Shown: piece by piece, positions 63,401 through 64,000 of the stretch
Position numbering within the stretch: the stretch's first letter is position 1
Layout of the letters: every line of letters starts with the position of its first letter
Notes under the pieces: model-generated
Told to the model about the DNA's origin: nothing
The model's database searches: none
The model's input: the letters and a program-made list of their open reading frames with translations, nothing else
Made by a program: the position numbers and the translations under genes
NCBI GenBank assembly: GCA_973895155.1
Contig: OZ316892.1
Location: 30,807,802-30,871,801, forward strand
Source: Marsupella aquatica
Taxonomy: Eukaryota; Plantae; Marchantiophyta
Direction: 5' to 3'
Length of the DNA stretch: 64,000 nucleotides

Positions 63401-64000
63401 CCATGTGGTCATGACTACACCAATGTATAGGCCCCGATCTGATACTCAGGTAACAATTCCTCTTGCACATAATAACCCCCGGCGCTACTATCAGCATTCA
63501 CAATATCTACAATTCACTTATCTTTCGTAAGGATGAATGGTAGATTAGCGCCAAGTGCTAATATATGTGTCTGTTTTCTTATACTGCCTTCATTGGGAAA
63601 CTGTGTTGTAGATATTCACACTTACTCTTAATATATTTGCCGCATTTTGACAAAGGGAAGGGTCCCGAAAGACCCCAAGTTCCGGCCACTCTCGAATGAA
63701 GAAGACCCTTCCGTCACTAACATTATTGGGTTTTCGTTGCCGCAACATGACCCAACTCCTGAGCTCCAATTTGCAGGAAATTCACGATTGCCTATGGGTT
63801 TCATGCAAACTATTTTGGAATTGGTGACTCTTCCTGGAGATATCGTTATGGACTGGACAGTAGGTTCCGGTAGTACGTTTGTGGCTGGAGATTATTTTGG
63901 TCGCTTTGTTGTTGGGCTGGAAAATCGGCCAGAGTTTGTTGATACTTCCAGTAAGGTCTTCCTCGATCTTTTACAAAACAAAGAAGTGGTTGCACCAACT
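60421..64000 (+). CDS. Spliced gene: ParB/Srx-like domain fused to a beta-class N4C/N6A DNA methyltransferase-like domain; two apparent frameshifts, so probably a pseudogene copy; 3' end outside the window
   Basis: Exons about 60421-61133, 61261-62593, 62728-63449 and 63612->64000. GT-AG introns 1 and 2 preserve the frame. Motifs: VFDGNHRL (DGNHR at 60985-60999); VDAGFIYIPTG..FLADNGLLAILH; LPMGFMQTILELVTLPGDIVMDWTVGSGSTFVAGDYFGRFVVGLE (from 63788). Frameshifts near 61860 and 63635. Confidence 0.8.

Larger units (their letters stand above)
48921..63560. repeat. Dispersed 15-bp palindrome TAGCGCnnnGCGCTA, 15 copies
   Basis: Starts at 48921, 50639, 50742, 50799, 58306, 58370, 59598, 59675, 59777, 59883, 60019, 61222, 62672, 63473 (degenerate) and 63546. 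Confidence 0.92.
48561..64000. mobile_element. Probable Mutator-like (MULE) element carrying a transposase and a ParB-methyltransferase gene; interrupted by gypsy DNA at about 52160-58278; runs off the right edge
   Basis: G-rich terminus GGGTATAACCACC at the break in the LTR, subterminal CTCGTACGAG repeats, transposase motifs, and the same 15-bp palindrome on both sides of the gypsy block. Confidence 0.65.

Noticed and set aside
60421-64000. Bacterial contamination as the source of the ParB-MTase
   Set aside because: The gene has frame-preserving GT-AG introns and shares a motif family with the nearby intron-containing eukaryotic transposase.

Overview
This is eukaryotic, plant-type DNA (GT-AG introns, plant tRNA primer sites; a bryophyte/liverwort source is my guess only). 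It consists almost entirely of nested, mostly decayed transposons, and I see no intact host gene. (1) Seven full or partial copies of a ~4.4-4.7 kb TG...CA unit behave as a giant Ty3/gypsy LTR: three have 5-bp TSDs and one is followed by a tRNA-Asn PBS and gag. The LTR itself carries a ~1,200-codon ORF. (2) A CACTA element carries PHD, BRCT and F-box cargo. (3) There is a decayed L1-type LINE, plus fragments of other gypsy families. (4) From 48.56 kb to the window end lies a probable Mutator-like element, the best candidate for an undescribed system. It has a GCM-like/DDE/SWIM transposase on the minus strand and a divergent spliced gene fusing a ParB/Srx-like domain (DGNHR) to a beta-class amino-DNA-methyltransferase fold. 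Fifteen copies of a 15-bp palindrome (TAGCGCnnnGCGCTA) sit only in the introns and non-coding DNA around these two genes. All domain calls come from motif recognition by eye, not database searches.
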